DNA of 63,809 nucleotides, filler included, from Cercozoa sp. M6MM (taxonomy: Eukaryota; Protista; Endomyxa: Ascetosporea), in NCBI GenBank assembly GCA_040357565.1. It is 11 parts of 11 records of this genome, joined end to end, with 100 filler letters (N's around TTAATTAATTAA, not from the genome) between each part and the next. Parts side by side here need not be neighbours in the genome. Positions count along the whole stretch, not along the records: positions 1 to 9,361 come from JBDODJ010000486.1; positions 9,462 to 16,400 come from JBDODJ010000677.1; 9 more parts are not named here. One strand, given 5' to 3'. A model generated the notes under the pieces. The model ran no database searches. It was not told the DNA's origin and saw nothing but the letters and a program-made list of their open reading frames with translations. The position numbers and the translations under genes were made by a program. Below, one piece after another: positions 1 through 11,702 of the stretch (the stretch's first letter is position 1; each line of letters begins with the position of its first letter).

Positions 1-99
1 GGGGGGGGGTTAAACAGGGGTAAACAGGAGGGTAAATAGTGGGGTAAATCGGAGAGTAAACAGGAGGGGGGTAAACAGGGGGGTAAACAGGGGGGTAAA

Positions 100-3000
100 C
101 GCACCGTCGCATTCTGAATCCACGGCGACTGCGCCGCATACGACACGCGGGAGGATGACACCTGCGGGGAGGGGAATAAGAGGGGGTAAGAGAGGGTTAG
201 GGGGCGGGAGTACCCGCACAGAGGTCGACTTGGTGGTCCTGAGTTCACCTGTCGCACACGTGCCAAAGGTACCAGTCACCCTCACTTGGCACGTGCCAAA
301 GGTACCAATCACTGCCTGCAGCAGCGCCGACTTGCCTGCACCAGTGCTGCCGATCACCATGGTCAGTGCTCCTTGTGGCACCTGTGTCACCCCAACACTT
401 TTCTCGTAGTTTGCACTCGCAGAAAGATACAAGAAAACACCAGAAAATACAACAAAACAGCACAAAAACAACCGACCGTCAAATCGATGTTTTCGAGCGC
501 CATTTCCTCTCCTTCGTCGTCCCAGAAAAACGTGCCGTTTCGCAGCTCAATAGCCACTGTAGCCACCCCGTAAATTCGACCGTACGTTTGGACAAGTACA
601 CACACACACTGGTCCATTTGTACCGCCGTCCAATGAGGTGTCCACGCGGTGCCGCAGCGAGTTCTCCAACGGCAGCTCCGGCGACGCCAAAAACGTCGCT
701 GCACCGGGGGGGGGGGGGTAAAGGAGGGAAAGGGTAGGGAGTAAAAGACAGTACAGACACGACGCAGCGACACCGCAGCCTCCACCAACTGGCCTGTGGG
801 AGAGTAGGGGGTAAGGGGAGAGGAGAGGCTAAGAAAGTACGCACCAACAATGATGGGCAGAACCGACAGTGGGAAGCGAATAATGTTGAACAAGGCCAGT
901 GCCGTACTGTTCAAAAAACAATGCACCCTTAACTAACACATCCTTAACCACACACACTTAACCAACACGCACTTAACCAACACATGTCTGCACTCCCTTA
1001 ATACACCAAGCACTTAAGGCAGCGAACATTACAAAGCCTTGGCTGCCGTCAGTTCGTGACCGAACCACGTGTAGGCCGCAAAGGCCGTCAGCGACACCTG
1101 CGGCGGGGGGGGGGTACCACCGGGTCCATGGGAGGGGAGGGGGGTAAACAAGGGGGTAAACGGCCGCACCACGGTGGGCGTCGCCGTCCAAAAGAGCGAC
1201 GACACAACTTTGAGAAACACGTACTTGCGCAGCTGCACCAGTTCCTCGTCACGCACGCCTGTACATTTAGACAGGTACAATTGGACAGGTACATTTAGAC
1301 AGGTACATTAGACAGTTAGACGGGGGGGGGGTACCTTCGATACGCTGACCGAAACGAGTCTCCCAGGCGTACATTTTCAACACGCGCATCGCCGACAACG
1401 TTTCGTTGGTCAGATCCACGCGACTACTCGGGAGGGGTAAGGGGGTAAAAGGGGGTAGCAGGTAGGGCTAGGGAAGCCTACCGATCCTTGATGGTCATGA
1501 GTGCACGTTGCACCTTGCCTTGCAGTCGAATCACCACTGCAGCAAGGGGTAATAAAGGGGGGTAGGGGTAGGGGGACAGGGGGAGGTAAAACACCAATGG
1601 AGAGCGGCGTGATGCCGAACACCATGACACCCAAACCGACCAGCGCTGCCGGTCCAATCTCGACCCAACTGCACAAGACACAGATCGCCCCTTAACACTG
1701 CTTCACTAGGGGGGGGGGTAACAATGGCTACAGGAACGAAATCGCCAGAATTATCTGCACTGGCGCCGACCACGTCATGTGCACGTACGGGAACACATCT
1801 GGACACAAGGGGGGGTAAAGAGGGGGGGGGGGGTAAATAGGGGGCTAAAACGCTACCCTGCAGTCGTTGCGCATCGGTGGACATGAGATTCACAATTTCG
1901 CCCGTGCTTCGTTTGCCTGTCGCAATTTCCGTTTTTTCCATCTGTAGCCACCCTCGGAGAAATACCAAGAAAACCAACCACGAGCTGCCGGTGACAGACG
2001 CAGCGACTTGCGATAGATGGACCCGATCCTGCGGGTAAAGGTGTAAGGAATATGCGTAGGGGAAAAAAGGGAAAGGAATATGCGTAGGGGTAAAGGAGAA
2101 GAGAGGGGGCGGAGGGTAAGGGATAAAGAAGCCAGCCTACAGCATGGTGCGGAAGTTCATGCCAGCGCGAATCATGATATGGAAGTACTGATGCAGCAAG
2201 AAGGTGCCCAGAAAGGCGTTGCCAAACATGCCGAATGCCAGCAGGTAGCCATGCCACGACGGTCGGTCCAACTGGCCCATGAATCCAATGGTCGCCTTCA
2301 GCAGCTGCGGCGACACGAAGGTGCTCGAGTCGTACAGCAGTTTGAACAGCGCCGACAGCAGTATCTTTGACTGGAAGGCAGCAAACACCACCTGCCATTC
2401 ACATCGGGTCAACGGGTAGGGCAGATGTATACTGATAGGGCAGATGTATACTGATAGGGCAGATGTATACTGATAGGGTAGGTGTGTATATTGATAGGTT
2501 ACGTGTGCAGGGTAGGTGGATAAATTGATAGGTGTGTGTAGGGTAGGTGTGTATACTGATAGGGTAGGTGCGTATACTGATAGGGCAGGAGGGTAAAGCA
2601 AAGGGGTGGAGGGTAAAGTTACAGAAAGAATTGAGCGGCGCGGAATTCGCATTTCCGAGTGCTGCAGTTCGAAATTCGCCGATTTTTGCGTCGATTTCGC
2701 CGCTGTGGCGTTGATTTGGACATTTTGACGCTCTTCGGTTTCTTTCGCTTTTTTCTCGCGCTGCTGCTGCAACAGAGCGTCGCGCGACTGCTTCCATTTG
2801 GCTTCGGCGGCTTGTGCTGCTCATTTTGAGGTCTCACTATTCGCGTCTCACAAATGTTGGTAAATTTACCCTTGGCAGGCGACATATCGAGTCCGTAGTA
2901 GTACTTGTCAAAGACACGCATCACTGTGGCCGTGCGGTCCTACGGAGGGATCCAGATAAACTCAACAGCACAGACAAAGCAAACGACAGCACGCTACCTG

Positions 3001-4509
3001 TGCGGCCAACTTGGCAAAGTCATCATCGACGAGCTTTCTGAAAAGTCAATTTTGTAGCTAAGGCTACACAACACACAGACTGAGAGGAGAAAGAGAGCGA
3101 TACTTCTCGCGGTAGCCGATGCGAAACAGTCCGTTCATCCACGAAAACGTCAACAAAGCTGCGATCCAGACAAGTGAAAGTGAAAGGAAACAACAACCAC
3201 AAAGTTGTAACTGTACAAAAGAAAGTGTACAAAAGAAACTGGCCGTTTCTTCTTCGTTCGGTTCATCTGTCCCGAAAAAGAGGTTGAGTCAACACTGTTC
3301 TCACAGACACCAAGTCTCCAAAAGTACTCAATTTGCGCAGTTCCTCATCGTCAAGGTCCGTCAAAGCCTCAAATTCCACCTGGACACAGAGATAGGCTGT
3401 GTCAAAACTGACAAGAATGCTTGTTCTGCTGTACCTCATCGGCATCGATCGCAACGGTAGAGTGCACGAGCAGACGGTCCTGCATGAGCGACTGGAAGGC
3501 CGCCCGTCGCTTGCCCATCACCAAGGCCACATAGACCAAAAGCGACAACACGAACCGAACCGTCACCAACACCGCGGTTGGTTCTGGAAAGGAGAAACAT
3601 TTCGGTCCCATTAATGAATGCAGCTTCGTTCCTAGAAAGTACTGTACCCGAATAGTCTTGTTTGCGGATCTCGGTGCGAAAGCGCAGAGTTGCACCCACA
3701 GAGAACAGCTGAGGTAACACAATCATTTTAATCAAATGTGTGAACATGCATCGACAAACAACTAACTGTACCGTCCACACGAAGAAAAGAAGCCACGAAG
3801 GAGCTCGCACGACCTAGAACCACACAAGATATGTCCGTGCCCAGGTGCATTTTGTTACGAAAAGGATGCGGCGTTACATGTGAAATCTCGCGCTTGAGCT
3901 GCCACGTTGCGACAGCCATCGTTAGCACCTATGCACTCACGTCAGAGCAACATTCAGTTTAAAAACATTGGCTGCAAGGCCAGCAGAAAGAAAAAGCAAA
4001 CACCTGCAGGATGGCGGACAGAACACGAGCTCCAGGAAGCGAATCTTCCATCGTTGCAACGACCTACCAGGTTCAATTGCATAGGGGGGGGGGGGGGTCA
4101 ACGGTAAAAACAAAAATCACCACAAGCTCGATAACCGAAAGGAGCGCTAGAAAGACAGCGCCAGTCGCGAGAATCAGTTCACTCGTGCTCCAGCTCTACC
4201 AAAAACTTGCTTAAGAGCGAAAAATAAATCAACTCATAAACAACAGTGTAGGTTCGCCATCATACAAGCACACGACGTGCCGCTGCCTTCGAGATATCCG
4301 AACCAGCACGTAGTTTCACGAGAACGCCAAGGAGTAGCAGTAAACACGGCACTCCAAACAGGAACACATCCTACGCAAAACAACGTCAGTTGCTGTATTG
4401 ATTGGGGTCGATACATGCATACCTGGTAACATTCGCCAAAGTCCCAGGTTTTTGAATTAAAAAACTGACGCGACAAGACACCGCAGAACGCCGTTTCTGG
4501 CGTCTGCAT
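100..4509 (-). CDS. Long-type ABCC/MRP ABC transporter (TMD0-L0-TMD1-NBD1), multi-exon, 3' part lies beyond the contig end
   Basis: Hand-spliced exons give MQTPETAFCG..WDFGECYQ/DVFLFGVPCLLL (TMD0), EEETASFFSLLTFSWMNGLFRIGY (L0), IYRKSLRLS..STGEIVNLMSTDAQRL, MRVLKMYAWE, FTALALFNIIRFPL, Walker A GSTGAGKS and Q-loop YAAQSPWIQNAT. All introns checked are GT-AG. Confidence 0.93.
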
Positions 4510-4916
4510 TCTCCTGCAGGAAAGAAAACCCCGTAAAAAGAACACAAAGAGAAAAGGTTGCAATTTCCAAAAACGCGATGCAAACGCAACGTGGACCCCA
4601 GATCACGTACCTATATGTCACTTGCCGCTTATTTCTGAGGTTCTTTGGCAAGTTAGTGCAGGTTTGATGTCATTCTGCATGCTGTTGGCTCTCCTGAGCC
4701 GGATGAGTCAGTGCGACGTGATGATTGACAGATGACTCCTGTGTTTGTAGTGTGTGGCTTCAATGAACGAGCATACACCAGACGCGTGGGAGTAGGGTGG
4801 TACGATAAAACATACCAATAAGAAACGACGCCAGATTGAGGCACAAAAAAGCGTCGTGCGTGAATGCAAACTAACTTTTTTCAATTGAAGGAACGGCGTT
4901 GTCGCTGCTGTTTATT

Positions 4917-6317
4917 TCAGAAGGCATCCCAGCCCGACCTGCGCACAGTAGCAAGTACACAATGCGATGATGTGTGCAGAGAAAATGCTACGGGGTCGAG
5001 GCTGGTGATGCGCCACTTGACGAAGTCGACTGCAGAAACAACGAAACGATAAACTCAAGGCACAGAGAGGGTAACGTGCACATCATCTGCCTACCTGGCT
5101 GCTGCTGTTGCCGTTATTTTGGCGACGACGCCGGCGACGCTGCTGGTTGGCCTGTGTAAGGGACAATACCAACCATACACATTGCATACACGCTTGGTAC
5201 GGTCGGAGGCGGCGCAAAGCAAAAGTTTTCGGACAGTTTGGCGTCCGATTCTTTGGCTACCAGACACGTGTCAAGGGAGCCTACCGAGAGAGAGTGCGTA
5301 TGTGGGTGTAGGTGTACCAGAGGAGTGTTTCTTCTTGGCCCCAAAGGCGCCGAGCTGCAGCTGCTCTCCGTCGGCCAGCGAGCAGTCGCCCTGTGCTAGC
5401 GCTGCAGCAGGCACATGTGGATAGGCAGTAGTCTTAGGTAGTAGTCCCAGGAAGTAGTCCCAGGTAGTTAGTATGTCCCAGGTAGTTCATATCCCAGGTA
5501 GCAGTCCCAGGTAGTAGTCTCAGGTAGTAGTCTTACCATTGAGCTGAGCAGCGGCGGTGGCAGCGTCGCGGTGCCGCGTCAGAGCCGCCTTGAACTCGAA
5601 CGAGTCCTGTCGCAACAAGAGAGTCAATCAACACACCCCTCAAAGATACACAACTCGCACCTCGGCCGAGTCAAAGCCGATGCCAATGTGCGCGACTCTG
5701 CCATCGCCTGATGGGAAAAGGGCGCACATCAGGCTGCTTCCATATGAACTACCAAACTGTACCAGAAAGCAAACGAAGCACAAAGTAGCGACGCGAGTCT
5801 TTCACGGGCTCCACGCACTTCCACTGATCGTCTGTCAACACCAAGTATCTGTGCGCACACATACACACGGACAGGGCACTGTGCACCCTTGTCGACGGGA
5901 CACATGGCCCACAGTGAGTTATCGGGCTGCTCAAGCTTCACGAGGAGTTTCTCGCCACTGTCGGCCACTCGCAGTCGACCTATTCGAGTGCATGTTTTTT
6001 TGAGTGTGTGCGAATCTCACCAAAGGTCACCAGTAGATACCAGTCCACACAGCATCTTTGTCCCACTCGCCAGCCTGAAGACAAGGATACAGCAACTTTA
6101 CCCCCTTGATACCACATGAGATGGATATACCATGTATCCACGGGTGGACTTTGGCGGCACGCGGAACGCATACACCTGCATGCTCGGATGTCAGTCCAGT
6201 AAAACAAGTAAAACGACGAGAAGAAAAATGATTGTCACAAGCTGAAGAAAAACGCAGCAGCAAAAGCAAAGTGACCTTGGGAAAGGCGATGAGCGTGACC
6301 TCTAGATCACTCGACAT
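4917..6317 (-). CDS. NECAP: Adaptin ear-binding coat-associated protein (NECAP, PHear domain), multi-exon
   Basis: MSSDLEVTL..VYAFRVPP..RAGEW..VWTG..LWAMCPV..VEPVKDSRRYFVLRL..GRVAHIGIGF..DSFEFKAAL; ends in the C-terminal WxxF motif SGWDAF-stop (TGA 4917-4919). Confidence 0.9.
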
Positions 6318-6457
6318 GTTCAGCACACGACGATCGTCAAAAAAACGTTTGCGTGTCAGGGCCAGCAAAAATATGATTTTTGAACTGCAGGACCCCCTTA
6401 AACTCTGGGCCTGCTTTTCTGCTTCGATTGCTCTTCTTTTAGTCCTTTGTACATACA

Positions 6458-7268
6458 ATGAGCCTTGACGAGCAAGGACCTATTGAGTCTCGCGCATTCC
6501 GTGTCGCACTCGCTGATGGTGCCTCTTCTCTTCCGATTCTTCTGACTGTGAAATCTCATCTTCTATCGTGTTTACAGGCACATTGGTGCCAGATGTTGAG
6601 CTTACATCAGATGAATTGAGGGACACGTTTGCTCGCACCGTAATCTCCGCTACACCCTCGCAGTACCTCAGGTTATGTCGCATAGTACTTTGCTGCGGCG
6701 TTCGAAAGCGACAGTTCAACCAACGTGATTCTCATCGATCGCGAGGAGATGTGCGTCTGTTCCTTTCAGTTTTTTATCAACCATGTCCAGATTGACTCCA
6801 GAAAGAGTGTGGATTTTATTTGTAGAACTGCCCAGGAGGTGCAGCAGTTTGTGCGCAAGCAACGTGAAAGGGGCCGAGTTTCGACAGAATTGCCAACGCT
6901 CGCCAAATGTAACATCAAGCTTTGTTCTTGATGTTCTTTATTTGGTGGGTTTCTTGTGCAGTGTGTAATCAGCGTTTCTTGGGCGAGGACAACGTGCGAC
7001 TGTTCAGCAACTTTGACGAGCCTGAAGAGTGGGTAATGCAGTATCTTACTTGCCTCGTTGTAATAGTCACTGCCTGTGCCCGTTTCCAGAGTCTAACCCT
7101 GCTGGCCGCACCGATCATTGATTTTCATGAGGTATCCCAATCTGCCTATCATCTGTATCTGCAATTGAAACCGTATGAACAGACGATCTGTGCCATCGAC
7201 GAGCTGCTCGGCACCTGTGTCGGCGGTCTCGACATGTACACCGTACATTTGTCTGCCTTCCAACTGAC

Positions 7269-7311
<43 letters not shown>

Positions 7312-8396
7312 GTCGATAGGTTGTTATTGCTTGTGTGGTGTGTGTTAGATTTCGCACCTGCTGTGTTTTGTGAATCGCGTGCGACAAGTGACGCCGAAAT
7401 CTGTGGTATGTGTTTGTGTTTGTGTGCTTTGGTTCTTTCTTAGAGTACATTGACCTTGTGTAAATTCAAACAGGGACATGCGCCGCTGTTTGATGAGTTG
7501 TTCGACTCTCTCAAGAAATTCTCCTCATGTAATTCCACCCGACAGTGCTGATCGGTTGGGGATTATGTGGGTGTAGCTAATATGTCAGTGTGCTAATATG
7601 TGAGTGTGCTAACGCAGACTGCGAACACTACGCCTGGCTGATGCTGCTGGCGAAGCGACGTTGGCAGTCCAGTCAACGTGCACTGTCTGGCAACAACGAT
7701 CTGTCCAAGCGTGTGGTAGTTTGCTCCTCACATCGGTCAGTGTATGTCACGATGGTTTCCACTGCTGCGTAGTTGCTGGACGTCGTGGCACAGGCGAAAG
7801 CCGACATGCCGACACTGACAGTGCCGAGTGCTCCAAGTGCAGTTCAGAAACACGTGAAGCATGGCACACACCTGCACTTACTGCCAGTGACCTCGTGCAG
7901 CAGTGCCTTGAGACAGCAGGCCTCGAGACAGCGGGCCTCGGCACAGCCGGCCGTGAGACAGGAGGCTTCGGCAAAACTGTCATCATCGTGCCAGCTCGTC
8001 TTCTTCGCCATCCCTGTGCTGCCGAAACGTGCTGACGTCGTGCGAGTCCCTGTGCCGACGAGCATGCATGCTGATGCACAGGCCTACCGCATCGACACCA
8101 ACAAGTACTCTGTTCTGCAAGTGCCATTGCTGCTGCCGAAGGCGTCGCCGCTGTCGTCCCAAGAACTCGCTGCTCGTACCTCCAATCTGTGCAACGGCGA
8201 GGTCACCCTGCTCAACGACACTGAGCCCAAGCGCCTCCGCGCGGAACTGGAGCATCGCGTGCCGATCTCTCCAGGTGCCAGTGCTTTCGTTGGCTTCCGG
8301 CAACCGCGCCTCACCCAGTGGGTGCACGAGCACCTGCAGCACCGTCTCTTTGACGCCAGCAGCGACGACACCGTTCACAACTGTGATTTCGATTGA
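6458..8396 (+). CDS. Hypothetical multi-exon protein
   Basis: Chain of short GT-AG exons from ATG 6458 (MSLDEQGPIESRAF, TLVPDVELTSDEL.., LAAPIIDFHE, TICAIDELLG..) to the long last exon in ORF 7773-8396. No family recognised. Confidence 0.5.
7270..7310. repeat. (TG/CA)n microsatellite; further tracts near 9462, 11670, 12257, 14572, 16246, 16508, 29151, 32006, 55928, 58596, 60292 and 63770; (CT)n near 16355 and 38847; (TA)n near 29306 and 50182
   Basis: Direct inspection; most are intronic and many mark contig ends. Confidence 0.95.
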
Positions 8397-8460
8397 TTGG
8401 CGCGCGACGCGATGGCATGGCATGGCATAGCGTTGTCACTTGTTACTTACGTTGCGTTCG

Positions 8461-9361
8461 GTTTAGTTAGTTGAGCCTTCTACCAACTCAACTGTGCAGC
8501 TCCCCTGCACCAGGGGCGGGTCACAAGAGCATGGCCGTGTTAGTTAGTTAGTTGAGTCTTCTAGGAAACCAACTATGTAGTTCCCCTGCACCAGTCTGGG
8601 GTGGGTCACAAGAGCACGGCCGTGTCTACCGCCCGCTTAGGGTAGGACCATACAACTCCCCTTTTGACGTTCCCCAGACACCGAAGTCGACTTCATGGTT
8701 GGTGCAGGTAGCGGACTACAAGTAGAGAGGCGTCGCAGGCCGCGTCGGGTCGTCCCGTCGTCGTCCTCCCGTCTCTCCACTCGATACCTAAACAAAACAG
8801 ACAAACGGACATAGACTTAGGGCCACCACTGCTGTGAGTGGTGGCCTAGTCTATGTCGGGGACCTCTCGGTCCAGTGCCTGCTGGGAGGCTAGTTGTCCT
8901 TCGACAGTTGCTTCCTCGTCCCAGGTCTTGGTGCCTTGATGCATTCTGTTGAGTGTTGCTAGGTTCTCAGAGTTGGCCAGTATGTCTTCAATTGTGCGCC
9001 ACTGAGCCGCATTTGTGTTGTTTCTGATAGCTTCCGTTACCTTGCATTCCAGCAATCGGTGGTACGTGTCTGGAGTGTCTTCTGCATTTTCCCAGGTCCC
9101 CGCGCAGTCGGGGCACTCGCTTACTTCCCGTTTTTGTAGTCTTTGTTTGCATCCCTTGCAGTTGGGAGTCCTGAGTCTGCCTCTGGCATTGCATTCATTG
9201 CACTTTCGTGGTATTTGGGCGTAGTTGTAGTACTTGAAGCTTCCAAGTCTGTTGCAGAGGAATCTTGAGAGTGTGCGGATGTCTGCGATGCTGAGTTTGC
9301 GCTCTTTGGCTATTCTGAGGAGTTTGTTTGAGTTCCTGATATGTTTCCAGGGGTTTCTGAC
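8461..9361 (-). mobile_element. 3' end of a non-LTR retrotransposon (LINE): ORF2 C-terminus with zinc knuckle, 3' UTR and short (CTAA)n tail
   Basis: Intronless open frame 9361 to 8846: LSIADIRTLSRFLCNRLG..CNEC..CKGC..CPDC-x12-H-RLLEC..TIEDILAN, i.e. the CCHC knuckle typical of LINE ORF2 ends. The ~80-bp terminus is duplicated (8461-8538, 8539-8624) and each copy ends in CTAA repeats on the minus strand. Confidence 0.72.
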
Positions 9362-9461
9362 NNNNNNNNNNNNNNNNNNNNNNNNNNNNNNNNNNNNNNN
9401 NNNNNTTAATTAATTAANNNNNNNNNNNNNNNNNNNNNNNNNNNNNNNNNNNNNNNNNNNN
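9362..9461. other. Artificial contig linker N44-TTAATTAATTAA-N44; also at 16401-16500, 24777-24876, 27734-27833, 31906-32005, 38897-38996, 42003-42102, 55828-55927, 58636-58735, 61823-61922
   Basis: Identical 100-nt pattern with stops in all six frames; genes break off at these points. Plain N gaps at 12318-12417 and 60339-60348 lie inside introns and look like true scaffold gaps. Confidence 0.97.
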
Positions 9462-9501
<40 letters not shown>

Positions 9502-9529
9502 TTCAATAGCAAGAGAAGGCAGTCTCTTG

Positions 9530-10330
9530 CAGTTTCAGCATAGTCAACGAGTTTCACCGACTTCAAAAGGAACTGGTAGAGGCAAACACGATGATTGCTC
9601 AGTGCAAAGAACATCTGCACGTGGAACAGTGTCTCAAACAAAGTCTTGCAAAAGAACTGAACGCTGCTCGTAATTCAGTACAAAATGAAGTTGCTGCACA
9701 CGAAACCACCAAAGCGAAACTTCAGCGCCTTTGTCAGTGTTCTCACAAAACAAGGCAATGTTCTTCCAGAGAAGAAGTAAGTCACAGTTCATTCGCTTCG
9801 CCGGACCTTTGTGAGATGATGAATGTGAGTGACTGGCATAGGAAATGTCCAGCGTACATACGGTGTCGAACAACAGCACGCCGGATCGGAGTGGGGAAGT
9901 ACTGCACAACCTAAATTCGTGTCTGCATCAACAGTGGCGCGATAACGGCGCACAAGCACTTCGTGTCGCTGCGGAATACGCAAAGAACGAAGAACACCGA
10001 AAGATCATCGTGTCACTGCGAGCATACATCGTGCAAATTGAGAACAAGCTTGCCTTAAGTCTCCGAGACAATGCGCGATTTCGCGATTTGCTAGACGACA
10101 TCGAGCTGAGCTGCAAACCCGGAGACCTGCGGATTCGTGGCCGTTTTAACGTCGCTTCACTTGCGCAGCGCGTTAAAGGTCTCCGACTGACTTGCGTCGG
10201 TTTAGCTGACAGCAACGAAAGGCTCGTTAAACGTTGCAGCGCAATGGAGCAGCAAGTCGAGTCTTTGCGAGACTTGGTTGATCTACGAGACGCTCAGATC
10301 GAAGGCATGCAACGCGAGTTGAAGAAGTAA
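9530..10330 (+). CDS. Hypothetical coiled-coil protein, 5' partial
   Basis: Heptad-rich exons (KELNAARNSVQNEVAAHETTKAKLQ; LADSNERLVKRCSAMEQQVESLRDLVDLRDAQIEGMQRELKK-stop). Confidence 0.55.
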
Positions 10331-10898
10331 AACCTGGCCTGTAAAAACGGAGGGAACATTGCCAGCTTTCTCCGTGTGGCTTAGGTTCCGAGAACAAAAC
10401 GAACAGCTGAACTCAGGTCCAGTCGCCACCTTGCCGAGTTGCAGCATTTCTTGAGTCAAGGAGATTTGAATCCCGTTTTGTGGGGAATAGGACGTTTGAA
10501 AAAAGATGCTAGTTGTTGCGGTGTACCCCCCCCCGCACAATTAGTTTCGCGACGGATGCTGTTATAACTGCTAAGCAACGCTTTTTGTCGCTAGCCGTTA
10601 CGCTCACATGACCCAGAACCCCCTTGCCAGTGCGTGTGTCTGTACCGTACGGTACCGTACTCCCCGCGAGTCGAGTAACCGTAACGCGACGACTGGAGAA
10701 CAGTACTAACGTATATGTAATAGAACAATTGGTGTACGTATGCTAACGACAGGACGCGAAGTGTTTATCATCATGATGCAACCGATGGCGCGGTTGTGAA
10801 TGGGCGTCTGAACCGCGCGCGTAGTACGTGACCGTCGCGCCGCGTGGGTCGCAGCCAAGCGCGTTGTGCAGTGTTGATCGGTACGCCCACGAAACTGA

Positions 10899-11670
10899 TT
10901 ACTCAAGCACAAAGATGTCGAGGTCCACGACGTCAAAGTGCCCACTGTTGATCTCTGCCACACAACGATAACAACACAGATATCAGATGCGAGTGTGCAC
11001 AAAGTACACTACACGCAAATGGGGGAGCGTACCTTGAGACAAGGCGGTCTGCGGTGCGAGTGCGCGTCGCATACCGAGAGTGGCGACGGCGCGTGCCACG
11101 CCACTCAAGGTGTCGACACGCAGCACCGTGCTGCCATCGCTCGCCGCCACCGACAGTGTCTACGACACATACATGTAAGTGAACTAATAAAAAGGGGAGG
11201 GAAAGTACCCCGGTCTGTGCCGAGAGGTGCACTGTGAGCGCATTCTGCCGCACGGTCTCCTCGCTGCCGTCGATAGCACCGAAGAACTCAGCCTGTACCT
11301 GTACCCAACACATCCTCAACAGTCAAAATACAGGAGGTGAAGAAGGAAGTACATGTGCAGGGAAGCCAGACGACTCGGAAATGGAAGGCGTGCGCCGCGA
11401 CGACGGCAGCAGCGACGGCGACAATGACGGCGGTTCCTGCGATGCCTGTCTCACCGAGAACACAAAGGCGTTCGTGTCCACCTCGGCCACGCGCGGCAGT
11501 TTCGAGCACTGGCGGGGGAGAGGGGGGGGTAAGTGTGCATGTGGGTGTTTGTGTGTTGAGTGTGCCACGCATACCACCAGACCAAAGACGCGCTCACTGC
11601 GAGGGTAACTCGTATCGCGCAGAGTCATCATTATGGCACTGTACACACATCGCAAATGCAACACACACAA

Positions 11671-11702
<32 letters not shown>

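Noticed and set aside
9362-9461. Regularly recurring TTAATTAATTAA as a biological repeat or CRISPR-like array
   Set aside because: Always centred in 88 Ns; it is a synthetic six-frame-stop linker. The TTAATTAA inside the LTRs is separate and real.
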